A DNA stretch of 64,000 nucleotides from assembly GCA_964402565.1 (NCBI GenBank), contig CAYOCJ010000001.1:224079-288078 (forward strand). The letters are read 5' to 3'. The DNA is from an uncultured Gammaproteobacteria bacterium (GTDB lineage Bacteria; Patescibacteriota; Patescibacteriia; UBA1558; 2-01-FULL-52-15). Numbering within the stretch: position 1 is the first letter of the stretch; each line of letters starts with the position of its first letter. Of the stretch, positions 10,647 through 19,159 are shown piece by piece. Under the pieces are notes generated by a model. It was not told where the DNA came from. It ran no database searches and worked only from the letters and a program-made list of their open reading frames with translations. A program made the position numbers and the translations under genes.

Positions 10647-11939
10647 ATGATACGAGACAGCCATTCAATACGTTTCATCTTGCTCCTCAGCATCTTGGCA
10701 TTTACCTTGCAGCCTTTTCTTTCGAATTCAGCTGCAACGAACAGCTCTGCTCCTGAGAAGCTATTTGCATTTCAATCGATTGACACGATGAAGTATTCGC
10801 GTGATCTTGCCCGCGAAAAAATTGCCAGCGATTCATTCGATTCGGTCATCGAGATGCAAGTTGCCGCCATCGCTAAAACCGGAGCCACGCATATTGCCAT
10901 TGCAACACCCTACGACGCTGAATTCCTTCCTTTTCTCAAGCGGTGGGTTGCCGCAGCGCGCTTGCATAAACTGAATGTCTGGTTTCGAGGTAATTGGTCT
11001 GGATGGGAAGGCTGGTTCGGCTACTCGAAGATGAGCCGCGCACAGCATATCGACAAAACGCGAAGATTTATCCTCGAGCATGCGGATCTTTTTTCTGACG
11101 GCGATGTTTTTTCAGCATGTCCTGAATGCGAAAACGGAGGACTGGGCGATCCGCGCGTCACTCATGATACGCAGGGGTACCGAACATTTTTGATCGACGA
11201 ATATGCGGCAACCAAGAAAGCATTTCACGACATTCAAAAGGATGTTGCTTCGAATTATTTTTCCATGAACGGCGATGTCGCAAAGCTGGTGATGGATCAG
11301 GCTACGACGAAGGCTCTGGACGGCGTTCTGACCATCGACCATTATGTCAAAACACCTGAAGAGCTTGACCAGGATATACGTGAGTTCGCGAAGCTCAGCG
11401 GCGGCAAAGTCATTCTTGGCGAATGGGGCGCGCCTATCCCTGATATTAACGGCGATCAAAGCGAAAACGACCAGTCTGCATGGATCGATGCAACCCTCAA
11501 ATTGTTGGCAAAAAATAAAGCAGTGCTTGGTTTGAATTATTGGGTCAATGTCGGAGGCACTACTGAGCTGTGGGACAAAGCCGGCACGCCGAAGGCAGCA
11601 GTTGCTGTTGTGAAAGATTGGTATGCTCCGCGCGTCGTATATGGTTTCGTTCGCGATGATCTTGGGTCTGCTGTTCTTCATGGCACAGTTCATTCGACGT
11701 ATGGCGACACGAGTACCGGCGAACAGGGTTATTACAGTTTGCCCCTAAGCGTGCGGGGAGATACTACAGTGTCGGTATCTGCCGCCGGCTATCAATCAAA
11801 AGAATTCACCTTCGGCTCCAAGGATACCTGGGTGGACATTACGCTGAATCGGGAAAAGAAGGGTTTCTGGTACCGCATGCAGCAGCTCTGGAATTTGATC
11901 AATCCATGGCGGCCAGCATATGCGCCCACGGTCAAATAG
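10647..11939 (+). CDS. Secreted glycoside-hydrolase-like protein with a C-terminal carboxypeptidase-regulatory-like beta-sandwich domain
   Basis: N-terminal signal peptide (LLLSILAFTLQPFLSNSAAT). The core has LGEWGAP and NYWVNVGG motifs suggestive of a TIM-barrel glycosidase. The C-terminus (YGFVRDD...HGTVHSTYGD...GYYSL) resembles the CarboxypepD_reg fold. Confidence 0.4.
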   Translation: MIRDSHSIRFILLLSILAFTLQPFLSNSAATNSSAPEKLFAFQSIDTMKYSRDLAREKIASDSFDSVIEMQVAAIAKTGATHIAIATPYDAEFLPFLKRWVAAARLHKLNVWFRGNWSGWEGWFGYSKMSRAQHIDKTRRFILEHADLFSDGDVFSACPECENGGLGDPRVTHDTQGYRTFLIDEYAATKKAFHDIQKDVASNYFSMNGDVAKLVMDQATTKALDGVLTIDHYVKTPEELDQDIREFAKLSGGKVILGEWGAPIPDINGDQSENDQSAWIDATLKLLAKNKAVLGLNYWVNVGGTTELWDKAGTPKAAVAVVKDWYAPRVVYGFVRDDLGSAVLHGTVHSTYGDTSTGEQGYYSLPLSVRGDTTVSVSAAGYQSKEFTFGSKDTWVDITLNREKKGFWYRMQQLWNLINPWRPAYAPTVK

Positions 11940-11957
11940 TGTGCTATACTAAGACAC

Positions 11958-12272
11958 ATGATACACGGTTTGCATAATTTCCACCTGACGAAACGGGGGA
12001 GAGAAGCGGCAGAGCGCCGGCACCTTTTTGATCAGTTCATGTATTTGGTCGGTCTTTTTGCACCACTCATGACCGTCCCACAGATAGTAAAGATCTGGTA
12101 TTACCAGGATGCTGACGGCGTTTCCTGGCTGTCATGGGGCGGCTATATGGTAGGGTCGCTGTTCTGGTTCATCTACGGGATCATCCACAAAGAAAAACCA
12201 TTGATCGTATGTAATGGCGTTGCTGCACTCTTGCAATTTGCAGTTGTAATTGGTACAGTGCTGTATTCTTGA
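11958..12272 (+). CDS. SemiSWEET / PQ-loop small sugar transporter (three-helix half-transporter)
   Basis: 104 aa with three TM segments. It has a PQ motif (MTVPQIVKIW) in TM1 and a small conserved core (SWLSWGGYMVGSLFWFIYG). Confidence 0.55.
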   Translation: MIHGLHNFHLTKRGREAAERRHLFDQFMYLVGLFAPLMTVPQIVKIWYYQDADGVSWLSWGGYMVGSLFWFIYGIIHKEKPLIVCNGVAALLQFAVVIGTVLYS

Positions 12273-12279
12273 GAGGCGA

Positions 12280-12354
12280 GCCTTCATAGTTCAATGGATA
12301 GAATGCAGGTTTCCGGTACCTGAGGTGTAGGTTCGATTCCTACTGAGGGCACCA
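12280..12354 (+). tRNA. tRNA-Arg (anticodon CCG), genomically encoded CCA
   Basis: A cloverleaf was folded by hand. The acceptor stem is GCCTTCA/TGAGGGC, the D arm GTTC..GAAT, and the anticodon stem CAGGT/ACCTG around loop TTCCGGT (anticodon CCG). The T arm is GTAGG-TTCGATT-CCTAC, followed by the discriminator A and CCA. Confidence 0.85.
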
Positions 12355-12377
12355 TATCATTATCGAAAAATGCACGC

Positions 12378-13016
12378 ATGAATTTCGGAATAGACTTACA
12401 GCAAATAGTCCAGACACTCGGGTATGTCGGTATCATGGCTGTTGTTTTTTCAGAAACGGGCATTTTTTTTGTTGGCATGGTCTTGCCGGGAGACAGTTTG
12501 CTGTTCACCGCAGGGTTCATTGCATCACAGGGCCTCTTGCACATCGTGCCTCTTACTATCTATGCCTGCCTTGCAGCGACCGTCGGCGGTTTATGCGGTT
12601 ATTGGGTTGGATCGTACATGGGGCCTCGTTTGTTTAACCGGAAGGATTCATTCTTTTTTAATCATGACCAGGTTCAGCGGGCGCATACTTTTTTTGAAAA
12701 GTACGGCGGCAAGACTTTGATTCTGGCTCGTTTTATTCCGTTCATTCGGGCTATCGCGCCTGCGGTTGCCGGTATCGGCAAAATGGATTACGCGAAGTAT
12801 TTTTTATTCAACCTTATCGGCGCAGTGATCTGGGGAGTCGGCACAACGCTTCTTGGATTTTGGCTTGGCTCTGCAATTCCGAATGTAGATAAATACCTGC
12901 TTCCCATTATTGGTTTGATCATCTTTTTGTCCGTATTGCCTTCTCTCATACATATTCTGCGGGATGAAAAATCCCGTACGCGCCTGATGGACTTGCTGCG
13001 CAGAAAAAAAAGCTAA
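12378..13016 (+). CDS. DedA/TVP38-family membrane protein
   Basis: Typical DedA core (GDSLLFTAGF...RFIPFIRAIAPAVAGIGKM) with 4-5 TM helices. Confidence 0.75.
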   Translation: MNFGIDLQQIVQTLGYVGIMAVVFSETGIFFVGMVLPGDSLLFTAGFIASQGLLHIVPLTIYACLAATVGGLCGYWVGSYMGPRLFNRKDSFFFNHDQVQRAHTFFEKYGGKTLILARFIPFIRAIAPAVAGIGKMDYAKYFLFNLIGAVIWGVGTTLLGFWLGSAIPNVDKYLLPIIGLIIFLSVLPSLIHILRDEKSRTRLMDLLRRKKS

Positions 13017-13028
13017 ACGGTTAACCGG

Positions 13029-13667
13029 ATGCGCCGATCGTTCTATAACACCGTATGTTCGACGATGCTCGGTTTTGGCATAGCGATGACGGTAGTACTA
13101 GGGCTTTTTTCTTTTTTAATATCGAGTGCTTACTTCGAGCAATTCATTTTTGATCGCGCTCATATTGAACAAAATCAAGAGCGGATTGCAGTGCGAGGCG
13201 CGATCCGCAGTTATTTGCTGTTCGATACAGCCCTGCCGACTCCCATGTTCACTGAGCGCGAAGTACTGCATATGCATGATGTGCGTTCGATCATTGAACG
13301 GACCAAGGCTTTTGCGGTCGGCATTTTGATCCTCTTGCTCCTTCATGTATTTATTGGCACACGTTCGATACAAAACTGGAAATTGCTGATCTCAAGATCA
13401 ATGGTATGGCTGCTGGGTTGCATGGTTCTGCTTTTTTGCATCGGTGTTATGTGGTTCGATGAATTATTTACGCTCTTTCATGAGCTTCTTTTTAAAAACG
13501 ATTATTGGCTGCTTGATCCCGCTCAGTCTGCGCTGATACGCGCCTACCAGCCTGAATTTTTTGAAACATTCGCGGGCTACAGTTTTGCTATTATTGTTCT
13601 TGCCGGCATAGTGATATACGCCAGTACCCGGCGGCGTTGGCAGCGAAGCAAAACAGTGGTATCCTGA
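13029..13667 (+). CDS. Hypothetical integral membrane protein
   Basis: 212 aa with 4 predicted TM helices. No confident family assignment was made from sequence alone. Confidence 0.45.
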   Translation: MRRSFYNTVCSTMLGFGIAMTVVLGLFSFLISSAYFEQFIFDRAHIEQNQERIAVRGAIRSYLLFDTALPTPMFTEREVLHMHDVRSIIERTKAFAVGILILLLLHVFIGTRSIQNWKLLISRSMVWLLGCMVLLFCIGVMWFDELFTLFHELLFKNDYWLLDPAQSALIRAYQPEFFETFAGYSFAIIVLAGIVIYASTRRRWQRSKTVVS

Positions 13668-13673
13668 AATTCT

Positions 13674-14006
13674 ATGGACTTAGCACATAAAAAGTGTGTT
13701 CCCTGTGAAGGCGGTATCGATCCGTTCAATACAGAGCAGGCAGCGCCGTATCTTGCAGTGGTGCCTGGTTGGGAAATGTCTGCTGACGGCACCAGCATAC
13801 ATCGGGAATATACTTTTCCTGATTTCAAGAAAGCCCTCGATTTCGTAAACGGAGTTGGCGCGATCGCAGAGTCTGAAGGCCATCATCCGGACATTGTTCT
13901 GCAATGGGGCAAGGTAGCGATCTCGCTCTCGACGCATGCTATCAAGGGACTTTCGGAAAATGACTTTATACTTGCCTATAAAATTGACGCAGGTGCAGCA
14001 AAATAA
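13674..14006 (+). CDS. Pterin-4a-carbinolamine dehydratase (PCD/DCoH family)
   Basis: Signature EGHHPDIVLQWGKV, and a 110-aa size typical of the family. Confidence 0.75.
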   Translation: MDLAHKKCVPCEGGIDPFNTEQAAPYLAVVPGWEMSADGTSIHREYTFPDFKKALDFVNGVGAIAESEGHHPDIVLQWGKVAISLSTHAIKGLSENDFILAYKIDAGAAK

Positions 14007-14014
14007 ATAGTACT

Positions 14015-14653
14015 ATGTCTGAGACAGACGAATTTCAAAAAGCTCGTGAACACATGGTGAAAGAGCAGCTTGCTGCCCGGGGGATCAAGGATGAGCGCGT
14101 CCTGAAAGCATTTCGAGAAGTACATCGGCATGAATTTGTATTACCCCAGGACGTAGGAATCGCATACGAAGATTATCCGCTGCCGATTGGCAATGGGCAG
14201 ACCATTTCGCAGCCGTATATCGTTGCCTTCATGGTGGAGCAGCTAAAAGTACAGCCGACCGATATTGTCCTGGAAATAGGCACTGGCTCCGGTTATGCGG
14301 CTGCGATTATGTCGTTGCTTGCGTCAAAGGTATATACGCTCGAGATCACGAAAGAGCTCTATCAACGCGCATCGCGGATCGTTTCCAAGCTGCATTATCG
14401 CAATATTGAGTGCCGGCTGCGCGACGGCAAAGAAGGCCTGCCAGAAGAAGCGCCGTTCGACAAAATCCTTTTTTCTGCAGCTCCTGAAAAAATGCCCCAG
14501 ACATTGCTGGAGCAACTAAAAGTCGGCGGCAAGCTTATCGCGCCAGTTGGCTCCATCAAGCTCTTCCAGCAGCTCCAGTTGATTACGAAGCGGGGACCAA
14601 ACGAGTTTGAAAAGCAGGATCTGATGGGCGTGAGTTTTGTTGAGATGCAGTAA
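14015..14653 (+). CDS. pcm: Protein-L-isoaspartate O-methyltransferase
   Basis: TISQPYIVAFMVEQL and the SAM-binding VLEIGTGSGYAAA motif. Confidence 0.85.
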   Translation: MSETDEFQKAREHMVKEQLAARGIKDERVLKAFREVHRHEFVLPQDVGIAYEDYPLPIGNGQTISQPYIVAFMVEQLKVQPTDIVLEIGTGSGYAAAIMSLLASKVYTLEITKELYQRASRIVSKLHYRNIECRLRDGKEGLPEEAPFDKILFSAAPEKMPQTLLEQLKVGGKLIAPVGSIKLFQQLQLITKRGPNEFEKQDLMGVSFVEMQ

Positions 14654-14656
14654 TGT

Positions 14657-15040
14657 ATGAGAGTCGATAGGCGTATTGTCTATCATGTAGCTGCCATCCT
14701 TTGGATGGCGGTTATTTTTTATTTCTCGTCTTTGCCCGACCTGAAAAGCTCATTGCCGAGCCTCTGGGATTTTATTTTCCGAAAAATCGCCCATATGATA
14801 GAATACGGTATTCTCTATGCGCTTTGGTGGAGGAGCTTCGCACATCGATGGAAGTCCCTCAGCTGGGTGTTCGTTATTTGCATTCTCTACGCGATATCAG
14901 ATGAGCTGCATCAGAGTTTTGTACATGGCCGCGTCGCAAGTCCTATTGATGTGTGCATCGATATCTGTGGTATGACCATCGCCTACGCGTTGCTGAAAAA
15001 CAAAACCGCCCCGACGTACGTCGGGGCGGTTAAGAAGTAA
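14657..15040 (+). CDS. VanZ-like family membrane protein
   Basis: ISDELHQSFVHGRVASPIDVCIDICG matches the VanZ core. 3-4 TM helices. Confidence 0.6.
   Translation: MRVDRRIVYHVAAILWMAVIFYFSSLPDLKSSLPSLWDFIFRKIAHMIEYGILYALWWRSFAHRWKSLSWVFVICILYAISDELHQSFVHGRVASPIDVCIDICGMTIAYALLKNKTAPTYVGAVKK
15006..15029. terminator. Perfect 24-nt palindromic hairpin between convergent genes (bidirectional terminator)
   Basis: CCGCCCCGACGT/ACGTCGGGGCGG is flanked by an A-run upstream and T-rich sequence downstream. It sits at the 3' ends of the VanZ-like gene (+) and rplT (-). Confidence 0.6.
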
Positions 15041-15050
15041 ATTGTGGCCG

Positions 15051-15395
15051 TTACTTAGTTGCTGCAACGATAGCATCAAATACTTTCGGATGATGTTCGG
15101 CAAGCTGTGCTAATACTTTACGGTCAAGGTCGATATTCTTTTTCTTGAGTGTTCCGATGAAACCCGAGTAGTTAAGGCCGCGCTCCTTGAGAGCTGCTCC
15201 GAGTTTTGTCTGCCATAGGCCGCGCATCGCTCGCTTCTTGTTACGGCGGTCGCGATAGCTATAGACACCGGCCTTGGTGATAGCAACTTTTGCTAATCGA
15301 ATCTTTTTTTTGCGTCCCCATTTATAGCCTTTGGCCTGTTTGAGGATATTCTTACGATGTTTGACGTGGCCGACGCCGCGTTTGACTCTTGGCAT
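15051..15395 (-). CDS. rplT: 50S ribosomal protein L20
   Basis: MPRVKRGVGHVKHRKNILKQAKGY and full-length similarity to L20. Confidence 0.95.
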   Translation of the reverse strand: MPRVKRGVGHVKHRKNILKQAKGYKWGRKKKIRLAKVAITKAGVYSYRDRRNKKRAMRGLWQTKLGAALKERGLNYSGFIGTLKKKNIDLDRKVLAQLAEHHPKVFDAIVAATK

Positions 15396-15417
15396 ATCTG
15401 ATTGTTATCGTTACTGT

Positions 15418-15612
15418 TTATAAGTAGGGAACAGTGCGCTGAATATGGCGCTTATTCACCTTCGAAAGGATCTTGTCGCGGCGCTTATTCACGGTAACTT
15501 TGCCAGATTCGCGCGAGTTAAAGTGATTTTGTCCGCCAGTTCGAATGCGGACCTTTTTTTTGCCGGTAACCTTGATCCTCTTCATGACTGACTTTCTTGT
15601 TTTCAATTTCAT
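15418..15612 (-). CDS. rpmI: 50S ribosomal protein L35
   Basis: MKLKTRKSVMKRIKVTGKKKVRIRTGGQNHF. Conserved infC-rpmI-rplT order. Confidence 0.9.
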   Translation of the reverse strand: MKLKTRKSVMKRIKVTGKKKVRIRTGGQNHFNSRESGKVTVNKRRDKILSKVNKRHIQRTVPYL

Positions 15613-15617
15613 AGTTT

Positions 15618-16076
15618 TTACTTCTTTGCGACGGTGACGCTGATCGTGCCACCCATCATGCTAATGTTTTGATCGACTGCGGTCGGTATGCCGAGGTCGG
15701 TGATAAATGTTTGGATCATTTCTCTGCCCTGATGCGGATATGCTTTTTCTCGTCCGCGCAGGCGCATCTCTATCTTGACCTTATGGCCTTTCGTTAAAAA
15801 TTTTTGAACTTGATTCAGCCGCACCTGCCGGTCATGATCCCCGATCTTAAAAGAAAGGCGAACGATCTTGATATCCAGTGTTTTTGATTTTTTCTGTTTC
15901 TGCGACTGGATATACTGCCATTTTCCGAGATTCATAATGCGGCAGACCGGAGGAGTGGCGAGCGGAGATACTTCGATGAGATCAAGTTCTTGATCTTCAG
16001 CGAGCTTCAGGGCCTCGCTCGTTCGCATTGCACCGAGGTTATTGCCTTCTTCGTCTATAACGACTACCTCTGGCAC
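15618..16076 (-). CDS. infC: Translation initiation factor IF-3
   Basis: N-domain LDLIEVSPLATPPVCRIM and C-domain KVKIEMRLRGREKAYPHQG. The annotated GTG start gives a slightly short N-terminus, so the true start may be a non-canonical codon upstream. Confidence 0.85.
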   Translation of the reverse strand: MPEVVVIDEEGNNLGAMRTSEALKLAEDQELDLIEVSPLATPPVCRIMNLGKWQYIQSQKQKKSKTLDIKIVRLSFKIGDHDRQVRLNQVQKFLTKGHKVKIEMRLRGREKAYPHQGREMIQTFITDLGIPTAVDQNISMMGGTISVTVAKK

Positions 16077-16244
16077 TTTGATCCATTGGTTGACTCGGAA
16101 ACGCTTCGTTTCTTGCTGTGGGGCACGCCCCTGGTATGAAAAACGTCTTTGAATGGTTGTGTTGCTTAGTTATTAGTTGCCCATTCGACTCATCCGCCAA
16201 TCGGCGGATTCGCTTAGGGCAATTGATCCGCAAGCGGATCAATT

Positions 16245-16629
16245 GGTGGAGATGAGGGGTAGTGCGCCCCTGTCTGTTATATACTTTTCGAAAACGTCTA
16301 CAAGCTTAGTCAACTGAGAAGTCTAGAATTGCTGTTTCGGCTGACAGAACGGACAATTCGAGTCACGCATGGTTTCGGTTAGTCGCGCGAGTGACGGGAC
16401 TTGAGTAACCTAGTCTGATGAATGACGCCCATACAACCTTTCAGACGCGGCTGAAGAGCGGTTCAGGCAAGTATTATGCTAGAACTGGTGCCAGATTGTT
16501 CACCTTGAAAAGGTTTGCAACTTTGGCGAATACATTTTTTGCATTTCTGCTTATCCGCAGTTTAACGAGATTCGGAAGCTCGGCATGCTATTTTCGATTC
16601 GTATATACCATCAAATAAAAACATCCCCG
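16245..16629 (-). ncRNA. ssrA: Candidate tmRNA (ssrA), about 385 nt, immediately downstream of smpB
   Basis: On the minus strand the 5' end GGGGAUG pairs with the 3' CAUCUCC-A-CCA to form an acceptor stem. A T-arm-like stem AGGGG/CCCCU encloses a 7-nt loop and directly abuts the acceptor 3' strand. An internal reading frame ends ...AAC AAU CUG GCA CCA GUU CUA GCA UAA UA (a possible ...NNLAPVLA tag). Two hairpins follow the CCA. The position right after smpB is typical for ssrA. Confidence 0.45.
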
Positions 16630-16631
16630 TG

Positions 16632-17114
16632 TTATCTGACACGTGAATTCAAGCGCCGCTTGAATTCTTTTTCTTTGATAGCTTTTCTCTTGTCAAATTG
16701 CTTTTTCCCCTTTGCGAGGGCGATCTTTACTTTTACTAAACGTCTCGAACTATACACTGATAAAGGCACAATTGTCAAGCCTTTTGTGCTCAGACTGCCC
16801 CGTAATTGATCGAGCTCCCGCTTCGTCAGCAGAAGCTTGCGGTCATGGTCCGGGACATAGTCCCTCTGATCAGCGCCTGATTTTGCATACCGAGCTATTT
16901 TTGCACCTATGAGCCAGGCTTCATTATTTCGCAGGTGCACATATGAGCCGTCAAGTTGGACGAGTCCTGCTTTTGAAGATTTAACTTCGGCACCGGTCAA
17001 TACAATACCGGCCTCGAATGTTTCGAGATGACTGTAGTCAAAAAAAGCTTTTTTGTTACGTGCGAGCTCCATAGGCGTTAACCTTAGCGCATACAGCCAC
17101 GCAAGGCAATTCAT
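16632..17114 (-). CDS. smpB: SsrA-binding protein SmpB
   Basis: ELARNKKAFFDYSHLETFEAGIVLTGAEVKS and a basic C-terminal tail. Confidence 0.9.
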   Translation of the reverse strand: MNCLAWLYALRLTPMELARNKKAFFDYSHLETFEAGIVLTGAEVKSSKAGLVQLDGSYVHLRNNEAWLIGAKIARYAKSGADQRDYVPDHDRKLLLTKRELDQLRGSLSTKGLTIVPLSVYSSRRLVKVKIALAKGKKQFDKRKAIKEKEFKRRLNSRVR

Positions 17115-17181
17115 CGATCGGTGACCGGTATCGTAAGTCGGTATTTTTTGTTATAGTATATTTGAGGCTCATAGTTTCCAC

Positions 17182-19155
17182 ATGACTACAACTAAAAGCA
17201 CTACCAAATTTTGGTTAACGTGTGCCCTGGTCTCGGTTTTGCTTTTTGTATTTCAGGTCATTTTTGCTGCAACGCATGACGTTGTTCTTACGTGGTCTGC
17301 TTCCACAGATAATGTCGGTGTTACTGGGTACAAGATCTTGCGCAGCACGACGAACGGCGGACCCTATACTCAGATAGCAACCACTGCTGCCACGACCTAT
17401 ACTGACTCTTCAGTTTCATATAGTTCGACCTATTATTATGTTGTGCAGGCATATGATGCTGCGAATAATACTTCCGGTAATAGCAATCAAGCAACGGCTG
17501 TAGTCCCTGCGCAGCCTGACACGACACCACCGACGCTCTCAAATGGGCAGCCAAGCGGAGTGTTGTCTGTTGGTACGACACAGACCACGATTTCCGTTTC
17601 TACGAATGAGGCGGCTACCTGCCGCTATGGCACGGCTGACGTTGTGTACGCGCAGCTGCCGAATCAATTTACCACCACAGGTTCGACAAGCCATAGTTCG
17701 TCCATAACCGGTCTTCAAAATGCCCAAACGTATCATTATTATGTCCGCTGCTCTGATCAGAGCGGGAATGTGAATACCGGCAGTTACTCAATTCAATTTT
17801 CAGTAGCCGCCGACACAACGCCCCCGATACTTTCGAGCGTCACAGCAGGGTCCATTTCTCAAACATCGGCGATCATAACATGGACGACTAATGAAGCTGC
17901 GGATTCCGAAGTCGGCTATGGCACCAGTATTTCATATGCCCAGAGTCAAACGAGCGCTCAGGCTGTCACGAGCCACACAGTGCCGCTTTCAGGACTAACT
18001 CCGGGCACAGTCTATCATTACCATGTTCGGTCAACTGACGTTTCTGCCAATACCAGCGGCTGGAGTAGCGATCAGACCTTCACTACAGATGCGCCATCTC
18101 CGCAGCCAAATCTATGCGGCAATGGAACTATTGATGCAGGCGAGGAATGCGATGGATCAAATTTGAACAATACGTCATGCACTACGCTCGGTTTTAGCGC
18201 TGGCATTGTATCGTGCAGTGCAAGTTGCGCCTTTGTTACTGCGCAATGCACCGTTGCCCAGCAATGCACCGAACAATGGACCTGCAGTGATTGGAGTACG
18301 TGCTCTGCCGGTTCACAAACGAGAACCTGTACAGACGTAAATTCATGCGGCTCGACTGCTAATCGGCCCACACTGGCGAAAAGTTGTACGACGCCTTCCT
18401 CAGGCGGTGGGGGCGGTGGCGGTGGATCATATACGCCGCCAAGCTCATCAGGCGGCGTTTCTGGCGGTGCCTCTGGAGGAACGAACGGAGGATCATCAGG
18501 CGGTTCAAGCCCTACAACGCCATCTACGCCGACTGACCCGACGATCGCCCAACGCATCAAAGACGTTGTTGCGCGCGAAAATGCGAGAGTTGCTGCTCTC
18601 AATCTTTCACTGAGGAATCGCTTATTAGGCTGGATCCTCCTGCAAACTCAAGAAAAAGGCGAGGCGTGGTATTTAGAACCGCTGTCAAAATTTAGATACT
18701 ACCTTGCGAATGGCGACGAAGCATACAAGATGTTAAGCAGATTCGGATTAGGCGTTACCGATAAAGATTTGAGTCAAATCCCGATCGGCATTTCAACATG
18801 TTTCCAGGGAACCGACACTGACCTAGATGGTATTCCGGATAAAATGGAAGAGGGCCTCGGAACAGACAGTGCAAAGGCAGACACCGATGGCGATGGCTTT
18901 AGCGACAAGGATGAAATTCTTGGAGGATACAATCCTCTGGGACCAGGTAAGCTCACCTCAAGCAGTTCGCTCATTAGCCGGCTCAAAGGAAGGATTTTGC
19001 TGCAGGTGCAAAAAAATGGGCAGGCGTGGTATCTGAACCCGAAAGACGGCAAACGCTACTATACCCAGAATGGTGAAGCAGCCTATCAGATCATGCGCTG
19101 TCTCTCACTCGGTGTAACAAATACTGATTTGAATTCACTTCAAACGGGAGAATAA
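17182..19155 (+). CDS. Large secreted or cell-surface modular protein (3 Fn3-like domains, Cys-rich module, Gly/Ser linker, Asp-rich Ca-binding repeats, two C-terminal ~60-aa repeats)
   Basis: N-terminal signal/anchor, then three Fn3-like repeats each starting TTPP. A CGNGTIDAGEECDGSN motif resembles the Myxococcus Cys-rich repeat, and WTCSDWSTCS resembles TSP1. The protein also has a poly-G/S linker, DTDLDGIPD...DTDGDGFSDKDE (TSP3-like), and an RILLQxQKxGxAWYL...RYY unit repeated twice. Confidence 0.6.
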   Translation: MTTTKSTTKFWLTCALVSVLLFVFQVIFAATHDVVLTWSASTDNVGVTGYKILRSTTNGGPYTQIATTAATTYTDSSVSYSSTYYYVVQAYDAANNTSGNSNQATAVVPAQPDTTPPTLSNGQPSGVLSVGTTQTTISVSTNEAATCRYGTADVVYAQLPNQFTTTGSTSHSSSITGLQNAQTYHYYVRCSDQSGNVNTGSYSIQFSVAADTTPPILSSVTAGSISQTSAIITWTTNEAADSEVGYGTSISYAQSQTSAQAVTSHTVPLSGLTPGTVYHYHVRSTDVSANTSGWSSDQTFTTDAPSPQPNLCGNGTIDAGEECDGSNLNNTSCTTLGFSAGIVSCSASCAFVTAQCTVAQQCTEQWTCSDWSTCSAGSQTRTCTDVNSCGSTANRPTLAKSCTTPSSGGGGGGGGSYTPPSSSGGVSGGASGGTNGGSSGGSSPTTPSTPTDPTIAQRIKDVVARENARVAALNLSLRNRLLGWILLQTQEKGEAWYLEPLSKFRYYLANGDEAYKMLSRFGLGVTDKDLSQIPIGISTCFQGTDTDLDGIPDKMEEGLGTDSAKADTDGDGFSDKDEILGGYNPLGPGKLTSSSSLISRLKGRILLQVQKNGQAWYLNPKDGKRYYTQNGEAAYQIMRCLSLGVTNTDLNSLQTGE

Positions 19156-19159
19156 TCGT

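Noticed and set aside
11112-11693. 193-aa minus-strand ORF
   Set aside because: It is embedded antisense in the secreted glycosidase-like gene.
12284-12544. 86-aa minus-strand ORF
   Set aside because: It overlaps the tRNA-Arg gene and is antisense to the 5' end of the DedA gene, with no RBS. It is a spurious ORF.
18380-18520. Tandem GGC/GGT repeats that could be mistaken for a repeat array
   Set aside because: This is a codon-level poly-Gly/Ser linker inside a CDS. There are no spacer-like unique segments, so it is not a CRISPR array.
18072-18602. 176-aa minus-strand ORF with a poly-Pro stretch
   Set aside because: It is the antisense reading of the GGN-rich Gly/Ser linker of the surface protein. 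It is a low-complexity artefact.
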